This document shows, in pieces, positions 26,949 through 41,763 of a DNA stretch of 64,000 nucleotides. Origin of the DNA: Geosiphon pyriformis uo1 (taxonomy: Eukaryota; Fungi; Glomeromycota); the NCBI GenBank assembly GCA_016748015.1, contig JAAOMT010000772.1, positions 375,541-439,540 of the forward strand, written 5' to 3'. Under the pieces are notes generated by a model that had not been told where the DNA came from, did not search any database, and worked only from the letters and a program-made list of their open reading frames with translations. The translations under genes and the position numbers were made by a program. Position 1 is the stretch's first letter. The number at the start of each line of letters is the position of its first letter.

Positions 26949-29330
26949 GTGAATCTTTTCTTTATAAGTAAATGATAAAAAATTAAAGAATCAATAAAGA
27001 TGGTTCTAGAATTCGCTAGTTTTCCTTTATGATAAATATATTTATATTTAGTAATTTTCAAAATAAAAAAGACTTTTTTTTGAATAATCATTTTTTTTTT
27101 CACCTTATTTTAATACTTTAATAATATAGACAGAATACTCGGATTAAGAAAATTTTTCAAAAACGAGAAAAAAAATTGTGATCACTAAATTTTAAAGTAA
27201 TTATCCATAAGCATCTAGAAAATACATTAAACATTATACATAAACATTATACATATTATACATTATACATTATATATATTATACATATTATGCTTTGTAC
27301 TTTCAAAGATATGTTAAAAAAAAATGATAAAAATTAACCATAATCTAATAATAGCAAGTAATTTTAGAAATTTCCAAATTCATTTATAAACTTTTGTATT
27401 CATAAAATAAATTTTTTTTTTTTTATCGGAAACCATTCCATTTTCTAAAAGAATAATTTTAAAAAAATCGGAACTTTTTTGTACATGAATTAAAACAGGC
27501 TATAGAATAAAATCATGTGTTTTTAACCTTAAAAAAAAAATTCTAAATTCAATTTAATCATAATTTTTATGATTTAAAATTCTCAATGTGTCAAATATGT
27601 CAATTTACAAGTATGAAAATTTGAATTAAATTAAAGTTAACGAATGCTATAACGTTTTCTTTTTGGAAAAAAAAAATAATATTTGAATTTATCAATTGTG
27701 ATACTCAGAATTTAATAAATCGTGAACCAATTATAGAGAAGAAGAAAATGAGTTAATTTTAAACTTTTTTTTTTTTTTTTTTTTGGAAGAATTAGTATTA
27801 TAAGAATTTTTTTTTAATCAAACTTGTTTTCCCATTGAATAAAACTCTGATTTTTGGGTAATCACCAAAAAAATACTAATTATCATGATGCAAATCCGAT
27901 TTTTTTCCGTAAAGAAAGGTTATTGTACTGTACATTACAAAGCAAACAAATTGTACCAGGTTAAACATTTTTTTAAAGTTAAAATAGATTGCCGCAAACG
28001 AAATTCAAAATTACCAAAGAAAAATCTTTTTCACGCATAATCATTGTTTCTTCTAAATTTGGAATCTGAATTACCACATTGTTCCTTGATTTTTTATTAA
28101 TTAATGTATATATATATATATATATAAAGTTTTTCGTTCATCTATTTTAAGTCGTGTTATACTAAAAACACAATCATTAAGTATGCATTCAATAAAATCA
28201 TAAGTTCCCATACAATCAGATTGTGAAAAAAGAAATTGATTTTTAAAAAAAAACAAGTAAACAACAAGGAATTGATTGATTTTTTAATTAGCCATGCCTT
28301 TTGCATGCATTTTGCATATTAATTATTCGAGTCTCGTATTGGGATTTTAGTTTCAAGATCCTGAGAATATTTTTTTCATGGGGATAATTTCGAGCCGCTG
28401 CTTTCTAATGATTGTCGTGTGAATAAAATGTTCTTACCATACGTGCGATAAGGTTCAATCATATCTTTTTTATTTTATTTCATTTCATTTCATTTTAGAA
28501 ACTTCCCACAGTACAAAGGGACTATTTTAAATTAAAACTTTAACCTAGTTTCCCTTTTCCAAATAATTACGAATAATTTCTACGTTGAACTTTCACCCTT
28601 CAAACTATACGTCATCCCCTGATTGATTGATTGATTGTTTGAGGTAACATTACATCAGCCATGATCTCACAAAGGAAAATGTGAGAAGGACCTTATTGTG
28701 GCACAATGAGTAAAATAATTCCTCACTATAATTGAAGTAACCTTATTGTGGCACGGAGATAGAATGTTCCCAAAAATGTTTTTCAGCCACTTTAAAATGA
28801 CTGATCTTCATGTTTTGCCCCAGAATCAGTTGTTGCAAAATGCCACAAAATCACTCTAACACAATGAGTTTTATCAACACGTTGCACAATGCTCCACTCC
28901 GAAATTGAAAATTTACCATTTTAATTTTTAAAAAATAATGTAAGCCTGAAATGTTTCAATCTAAAAGAAATAATATGCATTTAATACCAAAAAAGTATGA
29001 TTTTTCTAGAAATTCAATCCTTAAATATTACAGGTTTCAAATTGTCCTGTTTTCATAATCAAACAAAAATAAAATCGTTCTTTTGATTCTAGGTATCATT
29101 CTTCATCAATTTAACTTTTAGGTTCGTTTAGCAAAAAAAAAAGTCATAGTTATTTTTATTACTAGCATGATTTACCTGTGGCGAGAACCAATCATTGATT
29201 TTGGCCAAATTAGGACTTTTATGGAAGATACTGAGTAGAAATTACATTATTGATTATGCATATTAAAAAAGACTTCATATTTTTGGCAGGGGTAAAAATC
29301 TGGCATCTTTTCTGCACAATTATCATGATG

Positions 29331-29386
<56 letters not shown>

Positions 29387-32220
29387 TATTATTATACACA
29401 ATCATACAATCAATCTCGCCCAACCGAGTTTCCCACTGCACTCGATGCAAGGAAAACCGCAAAAACTTGATCATGTTGTGTAAGGTTTATTAATCAAGAA
29501 AACGTAATTAAACGCGCGATATTTTAGACGATTGATTAGGGTCAAAGTCAAAAAAAAAAATTCCCCAACACCAATCATGAACTGAAAATTTTCAATAACA
29601 AAAAATGAACCTATTTCCGAAAAAGAAGGCTGGACTAACCTCAAAACGAGACACGCGAGGCTTCGTTGTTTATTTTTAATGACAGAGATCCTCAACAAAT
29701 AATATGTACGAATAGTTTCGAATTTCGTTAAAAAAAATAAATCAATCGCCATCACAATAATAATCATGTTATGCATCGATCATCATGATCAGAAGGTTAA
29801 ATTGTGGGGTAATCAATTGAACAACGGCAAAGCCTTCTTGCATTGAGGTAATCAGTTATATATATTAAACTCGGTTAATATCAGATTTAGAAATGATGTG
29901 ATGGTAAAAACCCAACAATGTTGAAAAAAAAGGTAAAAATCCTTGGCCACCATTTCAATCATACAATGAAATAGCGGCTCATGAGCTCCTGATAATTTCT
30001 AGTTTTCTCAAAAAGACGACCATTCAAGAAAATAATTGTGGGAAAATTTTCAATGTTTTTGTTTGTTGTAAGAGCACAGACACATAAAAACATGCTTAGA
30101 GATTAACGGGTACAAGGGCCACAGGTTTTTTCGAGCTCTGACAACGAGTCATGGCAGTGACAAGAGTTCAGCAATTAGAAGTTTGTTTGAAAGAACTAGT
30201 ACCTTACTCGTTACAACTATTTACAGAAAAATGTAAATGTAGAATCCCCATAAAAAGAAAAATTAAAATAATCGCCCAATTCATTCTTCCCTGATTTCCA
30301 AGCCTCTCGATGATTTTCTCTTTGCTAAATAATGATCAGAGCATGTACCCAATTTTGGTATGCGAAAGAGGGAATTTTTGACAGGTTCAATGAAAAATCG
30401 AGTTGGACTGATTTCTATTGAAAGATTAATTGATTGAGTGTGAACCGAACGTAATTGACCTCACCCTATTCTACTATCGGGTACCAACATTTTACACCTA
30501 TTGATATTCAACGAAACTTTAATAACCCTTTCTCACCTTTGAATTGGAGAATTTTTTAGGGTAGTCTCAATTGTGAAATAAATATAATCAGGGTTCATCA
30601 ACACACATTCATTTTCAAGGTAAAAAAATATATATATTTATTTTCTACAAGGATTAGTTGTAAATATTAAATCCCTGTCAATCTTTAAAGTCTAGGTTTT
30701 TCAAAACGTCAATTTCTAATTTCTATCAATTAATAACCTAAAACTATTTGATAAACAAGTAGGTTTCGGTTGGGACTTGCCCAAGTTTTTCGGTAAATCA
30801 CCTGTTATTATTTACCTTCATCCAACGTCCAGGTTTTAATTGTCAACGGAAAAAATGATATTAAGAATTTATAGATCTTTAAAGTGAACAAGAAATATCA
30901 TAACAATATGAAAGAATTTAATTCGAAATAATAATTTATAAAAAATATTTTAAAAGAAATCACTCTCCCAAACCATTGAATTTAAATAAAAAGTTTTTTA
31001 TTCAAAATTTAATTACACACAATTACCCGATAATTTCAAAATACAATTTCATTCCCGTCATTCCCATCATTCCCATCATTCCCGTCATTCCCATCATTCC
31101 CACCATTCAACCATTCAACAAATAGAACCGAAATTGAATTTTTTTTTTCATATGATTTTCTTTGTTGAAAAACATCAAAAATCAAAATACCTTCATTCTC
31201 AAATAAAAACAAATTTCTCGAAAAGAAAAAAAAAGAAAACCCATAAATAACTTTTTCTTTTTTCGGTTTTTCCTTCGTATTGACCCGAGATACAATAGAA
31301 AATGATATAATGAGTATTATAGCCTATCTTTGGAAAAGTAGATATAATCATCAATGTGCAGTATTGTGTAATTTTGTGATCATAAACAATTAAAAAAGAA
31401 TTTAGAAAAGGTTGTTCTTGTTAATTATCTTAAATAAACTATTTTTAACCTTTAAACTTCGCTTAATTTAAAATTAAACCACATGTTATCGAATCAAAAT
31501 CAACAGATTTTATATCCAATATCTTTTCTTGAACGAACGAATGAACGAATGAACGAATGAACGAATGAACGAATGGATGAATGAACGAATGGATGAATGA
31601 ATGAATGAATGAAATGAGTCTTTCAATCTTTCAATCAATCAATCAATCAATCAATGAAATCCCATTTGATTACCTCGATCAGTAAAATATAGAAATATTT
31701 TGATCGAGAATGAAATGTGTATGATATCGATAATTATAACATTTTTTGAAGATTATAACGGTATTTGGAATTTTAATGTTACAGGTTCAGCCGAGCTAAA
31801 TGCATGGTCGTAAGAACGAATCAATTTTCTACAGTTTATAAACATTTGGAATTCAATAAAGAACCGAGGAAAAGAAGATTTTCTGAATTTAAGTTATCAA
31901 TGAGAATTTTTAATTAACTAGGTAAAGTTAAAAAGTTAATTAACTGAACTGATAACGTTCTCTACGATGATCATCTTTGATTAGTATTCCGATTTGAAAA
32001 GTTTTCGTATTCACGATGTCGATCTACTGGCTTCATTTCTTGATTTTTTAACTCCGAAATCATCATAAATTTAATACAACTATTAATTGTTTCGAGTTTT
32101 AATTTAAGGTTTTTTTGAACTTTTTTAATTTCTACTTGTTATCGCAATGATTTTGGTTAATTTGTTTTCATTAAATTAAAACCGATCCGATTGATCCGCA
32201 GTTGGTTAGAAGATAATAGT

Positions 32221-32292
<72 letters not shown>

Positions 32293-32472
32293 GTTATCAG
32301 TTATCAGTTCATGTTGATAAGGATAAGGTATCAAAGCTTCAACTGATTTAACTGTTAAGGAAGGCGGGCGCGCCGTGAAATGAACATGTTCCGCCTGAAG
32401 CGCCAACTTTTTTATCGATAATATTCATAATAAAGGTAACGCTAGGTAATATTTTATAATTAATTCAACAAA

Positions 32473-32507
<35 letters not shown>

Positions 32508-34196
32508 CAAAGTTTAAGCACAAAATAAAAACAAAAGAACTAAGCGATTTCATAATTTGAAAAATATCATACGTTTTATGCCTAAAACTCGAAAAACTTT
32601 TTTTTTTAATCATTACTGATTAGAAAAAGGATTAATCAATAAATTTATTTTGGGAGTTGAAACAAGAAAAACAAAACCCCAGATTTTTTTTAAAAAAGAG
32701 ACGAGAGTCTAATTAAAAAAAAAATCTTCATTTTAAGATTAAGGTTCGGGTAGTGTTTAAAATTTTCCATTGTTTTTTACTTTTGGTATGCTGAAACAGA
32801 ATATAATAAATAAATAAAAAACAACCGGCAAGGTAACGCCGAGAATATAACTTTTTTTATTACAAAAAAAATATTGTACTTTGATTGAATATTCGTTCAC
32901 GTAAGATGACATCAGTTTTTAGTCCGACTAAAATGAATTATTGAATGAATGTGTGAATGAGTGGATTATGGGAGGGGGGGGTCATTGAAAAAAATACAAG
33001 ATCCATTTTCGAGCAGGGTAATATGATACTCTGAATTAAAAATCGTCCCCTACCCCAAAAAAATTTGCACTAGAATTTGCTAATCACTATTTTTTTTTTT
33101 TATATTATTTTATTGTTAAAAGATTCTTGTACCACTTATTTTAATTACACTCTTAACTCATTTTATAGGATCATCCAATGAGAATGATCCTTTTCCTTTG
33201 GATCGTGGGTATTAATTTGAAATACTTTCATTTCTGGATGGAAAATAACCATAATAACCATAATAATAACCATAATAACCATAATAATAACCATAATAAC
33301 CATAATAATAACCATAATAACCATAATAATAACCATAATAATAATAATTCTCATGATACCAAGTTCTATTAAACATGAGGTAATTTTCAATTTTTTTTTG
33401 AATCATGTTTTCCTAATGTATTACTAATGAACACATGAAATAAAATCATTGATCAAAAAGCTGTGAATGTTACCATTGATTAATTTTTTTTGATTAAAAA
33501 GTTTTTTCGAACAATTTCAACATTACCTATTGTTCAAAAGTTATCAAATTAGAATGAGTATCATCCCATTTTCTTCATGATTTTTTTTTTTTGAATACAA
33601 ATGATAAATTTTTATTTATTTTTTTTGAAGTTTCGGCCGGGTATAAATTTAGATAATACATGATTAAAATATTTTGTTGTTGCGCATTTAAATGAGCGTT
33701 CAATCAAATATATTTAATACAAAATACACACCAATAATTTATTATTAGGAATGGTTAATTTCAAAATATTGCATATCAAAAATATCTAAAAATAAAAATT
33801 TAAGGATGCTTGAAATGAATAATGACTTGTTACTTTCTTTTTTAATATATATTCGAATTTCTGAATCTCATCAGAAAGCAATATGATTATTTATGATTAT
33901 GATTATGATTATGATTATGATTATGATTATTATTATTACTACCATCATGTTACGAAACTATGAGTTTTATTTTTAGCTAATTGTGCTTTGAATTTTTAAT
34001 ATTTCTCAGGTAATCATTACTTATCATTACCTATCTTTTTTAATATGTTTGATAACTATTGACTAACTGTTTTGAATCTTATGATGAAACCTTTTTTAAA
34101 TTAAAAACTTTTTATCTTTAGTAAATAACAAATAGTTTCAGGCTTTAGTTTTAGGTGTAGGTTTTCAAAGTTTCAAATTTATTTTGTGAATTAATA

Positions 34197-34250
<54 letters not shown>

Positions 34251-34682
34251 GTTCAATGTTTTGTGTTGTCATTGTTGAAAATACAAATTATGAATTTCAT
34301 TATTATGGTAAAAGATAAGTTAAGAAATCACACAATCTAGAATGTACGAATTAAGTGCAAATGTGCATGAATTGAAAATTGGAGAAAATCATGAAATCTC
34401 AAAGCATTTGAGCATTAAAAGGATATGTGCAGCGTTTTATGCTGCATGATGCATAAATTTTGCACGACTAAAAAATTTTGAAAACAGTTAACAGGCTCAA
34501 TAAGAACGTGATTATTCATATCTAATTTTAAAGTATTTTCTGATTTACGTGAAATAGAAAAAACTTATTTAATTATGACTAATATCGCTAAAGATTTCTT
34601 TTTGATGCTAAAAAAGATTTTCAACATACTTATTACATAAAAATAATTTCCTAGTTTTTTTTGTAGTTACCTAGTACAAACC

Positions 34683-34726
<44 letters not shown>

Positions 34727-35050
34727 TGATGATGATGATGATGACACAGTTTCACCAAAAAGTTAAAATTAGATGTTTATTGTCATGACCCATTTTATTT
34801 TTTTGGGGGGTAGTCCCATTTTTTATGATTAATAAACAATCTTTTTTAAACCATGAAGTCCAATTCTCAATGATTCCAATAAATAAATAAATAAATAAAT
34901 AAATGATGAGTAGTCTTTTGGGTATTTTATGATACAGTTGTGTACCGTATTCTGCATATAATTGAAAAAATTTAACAGTCGAATAAAAATCCCGTTACTA
35001 TTAATAAATGTTTAGAACAACAACTGTACAATTTGAAATTAAAATAATAA

Positions 35051-35081
<31 letters not shown>

Positions 35082-36001
35082 TGATGAATAAATAAATAAA
35101 TATATATATATATATATATTTATTTATAATATAAATTACAAAAATTCTAATCCTTGTTAATTAATTTGAAAAAAATTGAGCGGCAAATGTTAATTGAATA
35201 AATATAAATATAAATATATAAGTGTCTATTTAAACGAAGCACAGACTACACCAGCATACAACAGAAAAAACAACTAAAAAAGACCCAATTATTTGAGGTA
35301 CACACACAAGTAGTATATGCCATCAGGATTTACATAAATATAGAGTTTGCTTCAACCAAGATTCTCTTCGCTGTTATTCAACGCCGACACAAAAAGTTTT
35401 GTTTTATATCTTTTCAAAATTTCTGTAAAAGAGTTCGTTTTCATTGTGTCGAGACGATTATTAAAAAAACACGAAATCAACGTCAATAAAAAATCTTAAT
35501 CAGCAACGAAAAAAAGAAAAAAGAAGTATTTTCTTTCAAACCTTTTTTTTTTGAACTTTTTCTTTTTTTTTCTTTCGAGAAACTAATCTGATTTAAATTT
35601 AAAAGAAACAAAAAACAAACACTTGAACGAAAATTTCCTAAAATAAAAAAAATAAAAAAACAACCTCAAATCCATTAACGAAATCTTGTCAAATAAACTG
35701 TTCCCTTTTACACACACACACACACACTATTGTAGAACCTTTTTTTTTTTTCCCCAAATTTCACGATAAATCCGTCACGTATTGTTACCCAGAAAAAATA
35801 AATTCTCGAAACAAAAACGACCCAATTTAAAAATTTCCATTATACGTCTTTTTCGCTATTTTCATCTTGCCACGCGAAACACCAACCTCCGAAATCTATT
35901 TAGTAAACCCATCAGTCTTTCTTTTTTTTTTTTTTTTTTAAANNNNNNNNNNNNNNNNNNNNTTAAAAAAAAAAAACCGTTAAAAAGAAATATCTTTATT
36001 C

Positions 36002-36036
<35 letters not shown>

Positions 36037-36563
36037 ATATACAAATACGGGTTTCCATTTCCGGTGTTTTTTTTAAAGACAAAACTTAGAAAGGAAATCA
36101 CTGCCACATTAAATAGGTGAACTTTTATTGTCGTCGCCGTATTCGTCATAACAACATCCGCATCAACCGTCCTCAAGTAAAAAACACGTGTAATACCGGT
36201 TTTCCCATAATCACACACCCCGGGAGATTCTTTCTTTGATAATCCCATATTAGTAGTTGAACATCCCATTTTTCTTGTCTTATTAGCGAATCATTTGACG
36301 ACGTCGGTCAAAACACGTCAACAGTCAACAGTCAACAATCAATTGCTCACGATCCTCAACGGGGTATTAATAATAATAGTAATCACAATACACAACAGTA
36401 CACAATAAGAATTTTTAGAAAAAAAGATATAAACAACCTCAACTACCAACCAGCTTTTACTACTTTCAACTTTATAAAAAAGAAATTTTTCACCTTTTTA
36501 CACTACACACAAAAACAGTCAAAAAAACCTACCAGAGTCAAATTTTCTTTTATTTCCCCCGTC

Positions 36564-36635
36564 ATGGATAATAACTCTTCACTTCAAGATCAATATTTCT
36601 TTGCTACCACCGCTGGTGTTTCTCCTTTTGATCCT

Positions 36636-36667
<32 letters not shown>

Positions 36668-38090
36668 CCATCAACAACAACAACAACAAAAAGATCAATT
36701 GAATAATCCAGAAAACGCTTTCTACATTAATGAACCTTCAACGTTGACTTTTTCTCAGCATTCTCCACCGTTTGAGACAAACTTTTTCTACAATCCAACC
36801 GCTGAATTGACTATCGCTGCCGCACAAGCTCAAGCAAATTACACCCCTTCCTATGGTTCACCACAAAGTTCAATCTACGAATCGATCGATTCATCAGATT
36901 ACGAACCTTCAGACGGTTATTCATCGACTGGTTCCGGATTATCAAGTCCATATATACCAACTGATATTTTCGTTGAGGATGAATACCGAAGAAATTCTTT
37001 ACAATTCAGTGACGACGATATCTTAGAATACGCGGAAATATATAATACTTTTACGACGACTGATTTTCGACAACCACAAAATTTTGATGCTCAAGTTATC
37101 AAGATGGAGAATCCATATCGTTCCCTGAAATTGGATACAAACGTATCAAACCTTGATAATTCAACAACAAATATGGATCTTGTCAACGATAATAACAATC
37201 CTTCGTCAAACGATCCATCAACTTTTTTGAATCAAGATAATGTTTTTGATCCTCTGACACCAAATACTTTGAATCAATGTTTGCACGTGAATGATGCTAC
37301 TGGCGCAGCGTTGGGTGGTCCTCTTCTTAGTTTCATTCCTGCAACTCCCATATCTCCAACAAAGGCTCAAGCAATCGCTGATAGTTGTTTGTACGGAGTG
37401 TTAAATCCTTCCTCAACTCAATTAGTTTCTTCCCCAATCATGGATCATATCGTTCCATCGCCACCGTCACCATCTTCTTCAAATGGTGATTCATGTAATA
37501 CTATCTCCAAATCAGTTAGTCAACGTCACACAAACGATTCAGCCTCAAACTCCGCCCAAAAATCAACATCACACAGCCATCAGATTTATTCAAATACTAA
37601 CAAGAGCGGATTGAGTTCAAAATCAACAGTAACTTCAACAGTTTCTACCACTCCAACACACCATCATCGTAGTCATCGTAAAGCATTACCAGCAGATATG
37701 GCAGACCGTTTACATACAATGAATTTGGCTCCACCAAAACCACCAAGAAAATCAAAGACAACCGCACCTTTTCATTGTCCTTACGAAGATTGTCCAAAAA
37801 CTTTCACACGTCAATACAATTTGAAGTCTCACCTTCGTACTCACACCGACGAAAGACCTTTCTTGTGTGGTTTTCAAGGCTGTACGAGAGCATTTGCAAG
37901 ACAACACGATCGCAAGCGACACTACAATTTACACTTGGGTTTCAAACCTCATGTTTGCTCTCACTGTGGTCGTGCTTTCGCAAGGTTAGACGCTTTGAAC
38001 CGACACTTGAGGTCAGATAGTGGAGCTCCTTGTGCTCAAGCAACATTACCAAATGGTGGCGCTAAAAAATTCAAGCCTGTTAATATGTGA
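36564..38090 (+). CDS. Crz1/CrzA-like C2H2 zinc-finger transcription factor (508 aa, intronless)
   Basis: FTRQYNLKSHLRTHTDERPF, AFARQHDRKRH and FARLDALNRH fingers match the Crz1 family. Ser/Pro-rich region, polyH/polyQ, and a possible PxIxIT-like PLLSFIPATP. Orthology not provable here. Confidence 0.9.
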
Positions 38091-38358
38091 AACCAAAGAG
38101 AGTGAGTTGTTATTGGAGCAATTTTCTATTTCGAATTACTTTTTCGAGTGCTTTCTGAGCGTTTTATTTTAGAAAAATTTTTTACAACCAATATTAGATA
38201 CACATACAACATATTGCACATATTTGAAACTAACATATTTAGAAATTTTCATATTCAAGTCGACACTTTTTTTCTTTTTTTAGAATAATATCGTCGATAT
38301 AGAAGATAATAAATACCCTTTGCAATAATAATAATAACAACAACAAAAACAACAACAA

Positions 38359-38396
<38 letters not shown>

Positions 38397-40716
38397 TCAC
38401 CACATTTCTTATTTCAAATTTTGTCTATTTGACAAAGGCACCATCATCATCAAATCAAAGTTATATCTCGGCATAAGACTTCTACTCTATCTCTATCGTT
38501 TTCGTCTTTTAACAATAAGGACGAATGACGAGATTTCTATATAACAAAAACAACCCTTTATTTTGACATCCGATCAATATCTGATGGACAATTGTACATA
38601 TCTATCCTTTATTTTTTTACTTTCGAGCTTATATACCTCAAACCTTCTTCCCTCCTCTTAGTCTGTTCTGTTCTGTTCTGTTCTGTTTCGGTCGTATCTT
38701 TTTCGTCAAATATTTTCGATTCTCTGAATCTTGTAATGTTAGTTTTTTTATTAACATTAACAACGCACATACCCTATATCTTTTAAGTATATAAGCCCAT
38801 AAGTTTCAAAATTTCATCTAAGTTTTATGCCAGAGAAATAACATCATCATTATCACAACCAACCAACCACCTACCTACCTACCTACCTACCTATCCAATG
38901 AATAAATTTCCAAATCCAATATCGACAATCTCGTTTCAATCTAGTAGTATTGCACACACACACACACATACACATACACTTGCATCATACATACACACAA
39001 AAATAAAATTAGTTTTTGAGAAACCATCGATCTCAAAATGAGAACCAATTCAAAAACAAAGACATTTCAATCTTTTTTAGATTTCTTTTTCTTTTATAGA
39101 TTTCTTTGCCTTTTTCAGCATTAGCATGATAGTGTTCACGTAAAATTTCATTCACACGCATAAATCAAAAACGCTTTTAAGGATTAATTACCTAGCTAAT
39201 CTCGATCGCACTCGAAGACTTTTTTCTTGTTTCAGTTTACCAAGCTTTAATTTTATTTTATTTTTTTTTGAAATACAAGCTTGATGATTTCTTGTACATA
39301 GTTGCAACTTTTTTTCTTTTTTCGTTTAAACTTTTTCGGTCTAATTGTTTTATAGGTTCTCTTTATAATCGTAAACCTTAGTTTTTTTTCATTTTTCTTA
39401 TTTTTAATAGTCTCCTAATTAGTTGACGTTTAAGTAACAGATCAGTTGACGGTGTTTAGTTTGCTGCGATCTAAAGAGAAAAATTTTCTCGCGAAAAAAT
39501 ATAATAAATTTGATTATTTCTGTTATATTTTTTTCTCAAGTCACAGACTTAAATGCAGGGGGGGTGGGGGGGGGGGATAGGATGTGAAGAAAGAAGAAGA
39601 GATGATGATGATGAATGAGAATCGAGTTAATCTTTTTTGATATGAATGATGCTGGAGTGAATTTGTACAACATAAATCTCTTTTAAAGCCAATGGTGTAA
39701 AACACGTGTGAAACTTCTAACACCAAAGTAGTTAATGATTTTCATTCATTCCCACGACGATTCATTAAACTGTAATTTTCTGATCCTAGATCATCAGCTC
39801 TCGGAGGCTCCAAATCTGTGATGAGGCGGCAAAAAGCTTTTTTGAGTTTACAACTCAGTGAAACTGATTCATGAGGCCTGCAGAATCAGAGTTTATTCTG
39901 ACCCTGCATTCATGAATCAAAAAGCAAGTTTTACAACCAAATAAAAGAAAATATTTTGAACATTTCTTTCTCGCTGATTAATGATTTACTCAGCATTACC
40001 ATTAACATTAACACTACCACTACCACTACTGCTACCACTACCACTACCACTACCACTACCACCACCGTTGCCATCTATAAAGTGCTTCTTCACTAACCAT
40101 AAGTGATTGTGTTAATTTGATCCATTTTTTTTTCTAGAAAATTTCCATATTTTCTTCAGATTCGGTAAACAGATTAAAATATTGTATATATTCTGCACTT
40201 TCCTTTTAGTTTGTACGAGACATCACAAGAATCTTATGCAGATGGAGTCTGGGACTTTAGGGACTCTGCATGTAATTCCGTCCTTCTTCTCCTCGAGGAC
40301 TTGCATTGTTGACCTATTTATAGATTCACCATTTCGATTATCAGATTTTCTGTGCGCCGCAAATCTGAAACGACTGGTAAAATTCATATCGTGCCATTTT
40401 TTTCCTGTTTCTTTTGTGAAATATGGAATAAAAAAAAAGTAAAAATTTTCGTTTTGGTTAGTTGAGAAACCATTTTCCGGATTTGGTAAAAAATTTTGAT
40501 TTTTTTACATTCATGTGTATGGATTTGGTCACTGAAAAAAATGGTTTAACAACCAACCAACCAAACAACCAAAACTTTAAAACTTTTTTAAGACTTTTTT
40601 TAAATTTGTATTTCTATTTTGATTTTGTGATTGCTTTGGAGTTTTCATAATGGGGGATTTTTGAACAAATAAAGATTTTTATTTTATTTTTTTTAAAAAA
40701 AAAAAAAAAAAAAAAA

Positions 40717-41136
40717 NNNNNNNNNNNNNNNNNNNNNNNNNNNNNNNNNNNNNNNNNNNNNNNNNNNNNNNNNNNNNNNNNNNNNNNNNNNNNNNNNNNN
40801 NNNNNNNNNNNNNNNNNNNNNNNNNNNNNNNNNNNNNNNNNNNNNNNNNNNNNNNNNNNNNNNNNNNNNNNNNNNNNNNNNNNNNNNNNNNNNNNNNNNN
40901 NNNNNNNNNNNNNNNNNNNNNNNNNNNNNNNNNNNNNNNNNNNNNNNNNNNNNNNNNNNNNNNNNNNNNNNNNNNNNNNNNNNNNNNNNNNNNNNNNNNN
41001 NNNNNNNNNNNNNNNNNNNNNNNNNNNNNNNNNNNNNNNNNNNNNNNNNNNNNNNNNNNNNNNNNNNNNNNNNNNNNNNNNNNNNNNNNNNNNNNNNNNN
41101 NNNNNNNNNNNNNNNNNNNNNNNNNNNNNNNNNNNN
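40717..41136. other. Assembly gap (N run); smaller gaps at 35943-35962 and 62897-62934
   Basis: Runs of N next to homopolymer or SSR tracts. Confidence 0.99.
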
Positions 41137-41694
41137 CACAAGTAAATTTTATTGTATTTATAGGGAACAGTTTTTTTAATCACTAAATTTCCTACTGATT
41201 TTATTTTATTTATATATATTCATTCAGAATTCAAAGTATTATCGTTACATCATTATGGGTATAAAGATATCTTTCAGGTATTTTTCTTTCAAAATAATTT
41301 TTTTGAAAATTTTTTCTCAATTAATAAGATGAAGAACATTTTAGGCGATAAAATTTATTATGAATTTTTTTTTTTTTGGTATTTTTTCATAATATTTTTT
41401 AATATTGTGCAGTTTTTTTTTTAAAAAAAAAATAAAAAAATTATTTAAACTTTGAAAATTATAAATAAAAAATTAATTCAATATAATTTTTTTTAAATAT
41501 TTAAATAAAAATATTTTAAAAATTTTTAAAGAAAAGATTAGATTATGCAAAAAAAATTTATCAATAATATGAATATATTTTTTTTTTAATACGTATACAG
41601 AAAAATATCTAATATCAATTCACATTTAAATATATTCTTACTTACTGGTAAACACAACTCCGGACATAGCACATGTTCAAAAAAATTAAAAACA

Positions 41695-41763
<69 letters not shown>

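Noticed and set aside
39558-39576. G-run as a functional G-quadruplex
   Set aside because: It is a simple homopolymer similar to other G/C runs in the window, with no supporting context.
39780-39930. Hammerhead ribozyme (TGATGA...GAAAC)
   Set aside because: The core starts with G rather than C, stem II does not form, and no NUH follows stem III on either strand.
40090-40265. Telomerase RNA template (CTAACCATA; single TTAGGG)
   Set aside because: No 1.5-repeat template match.
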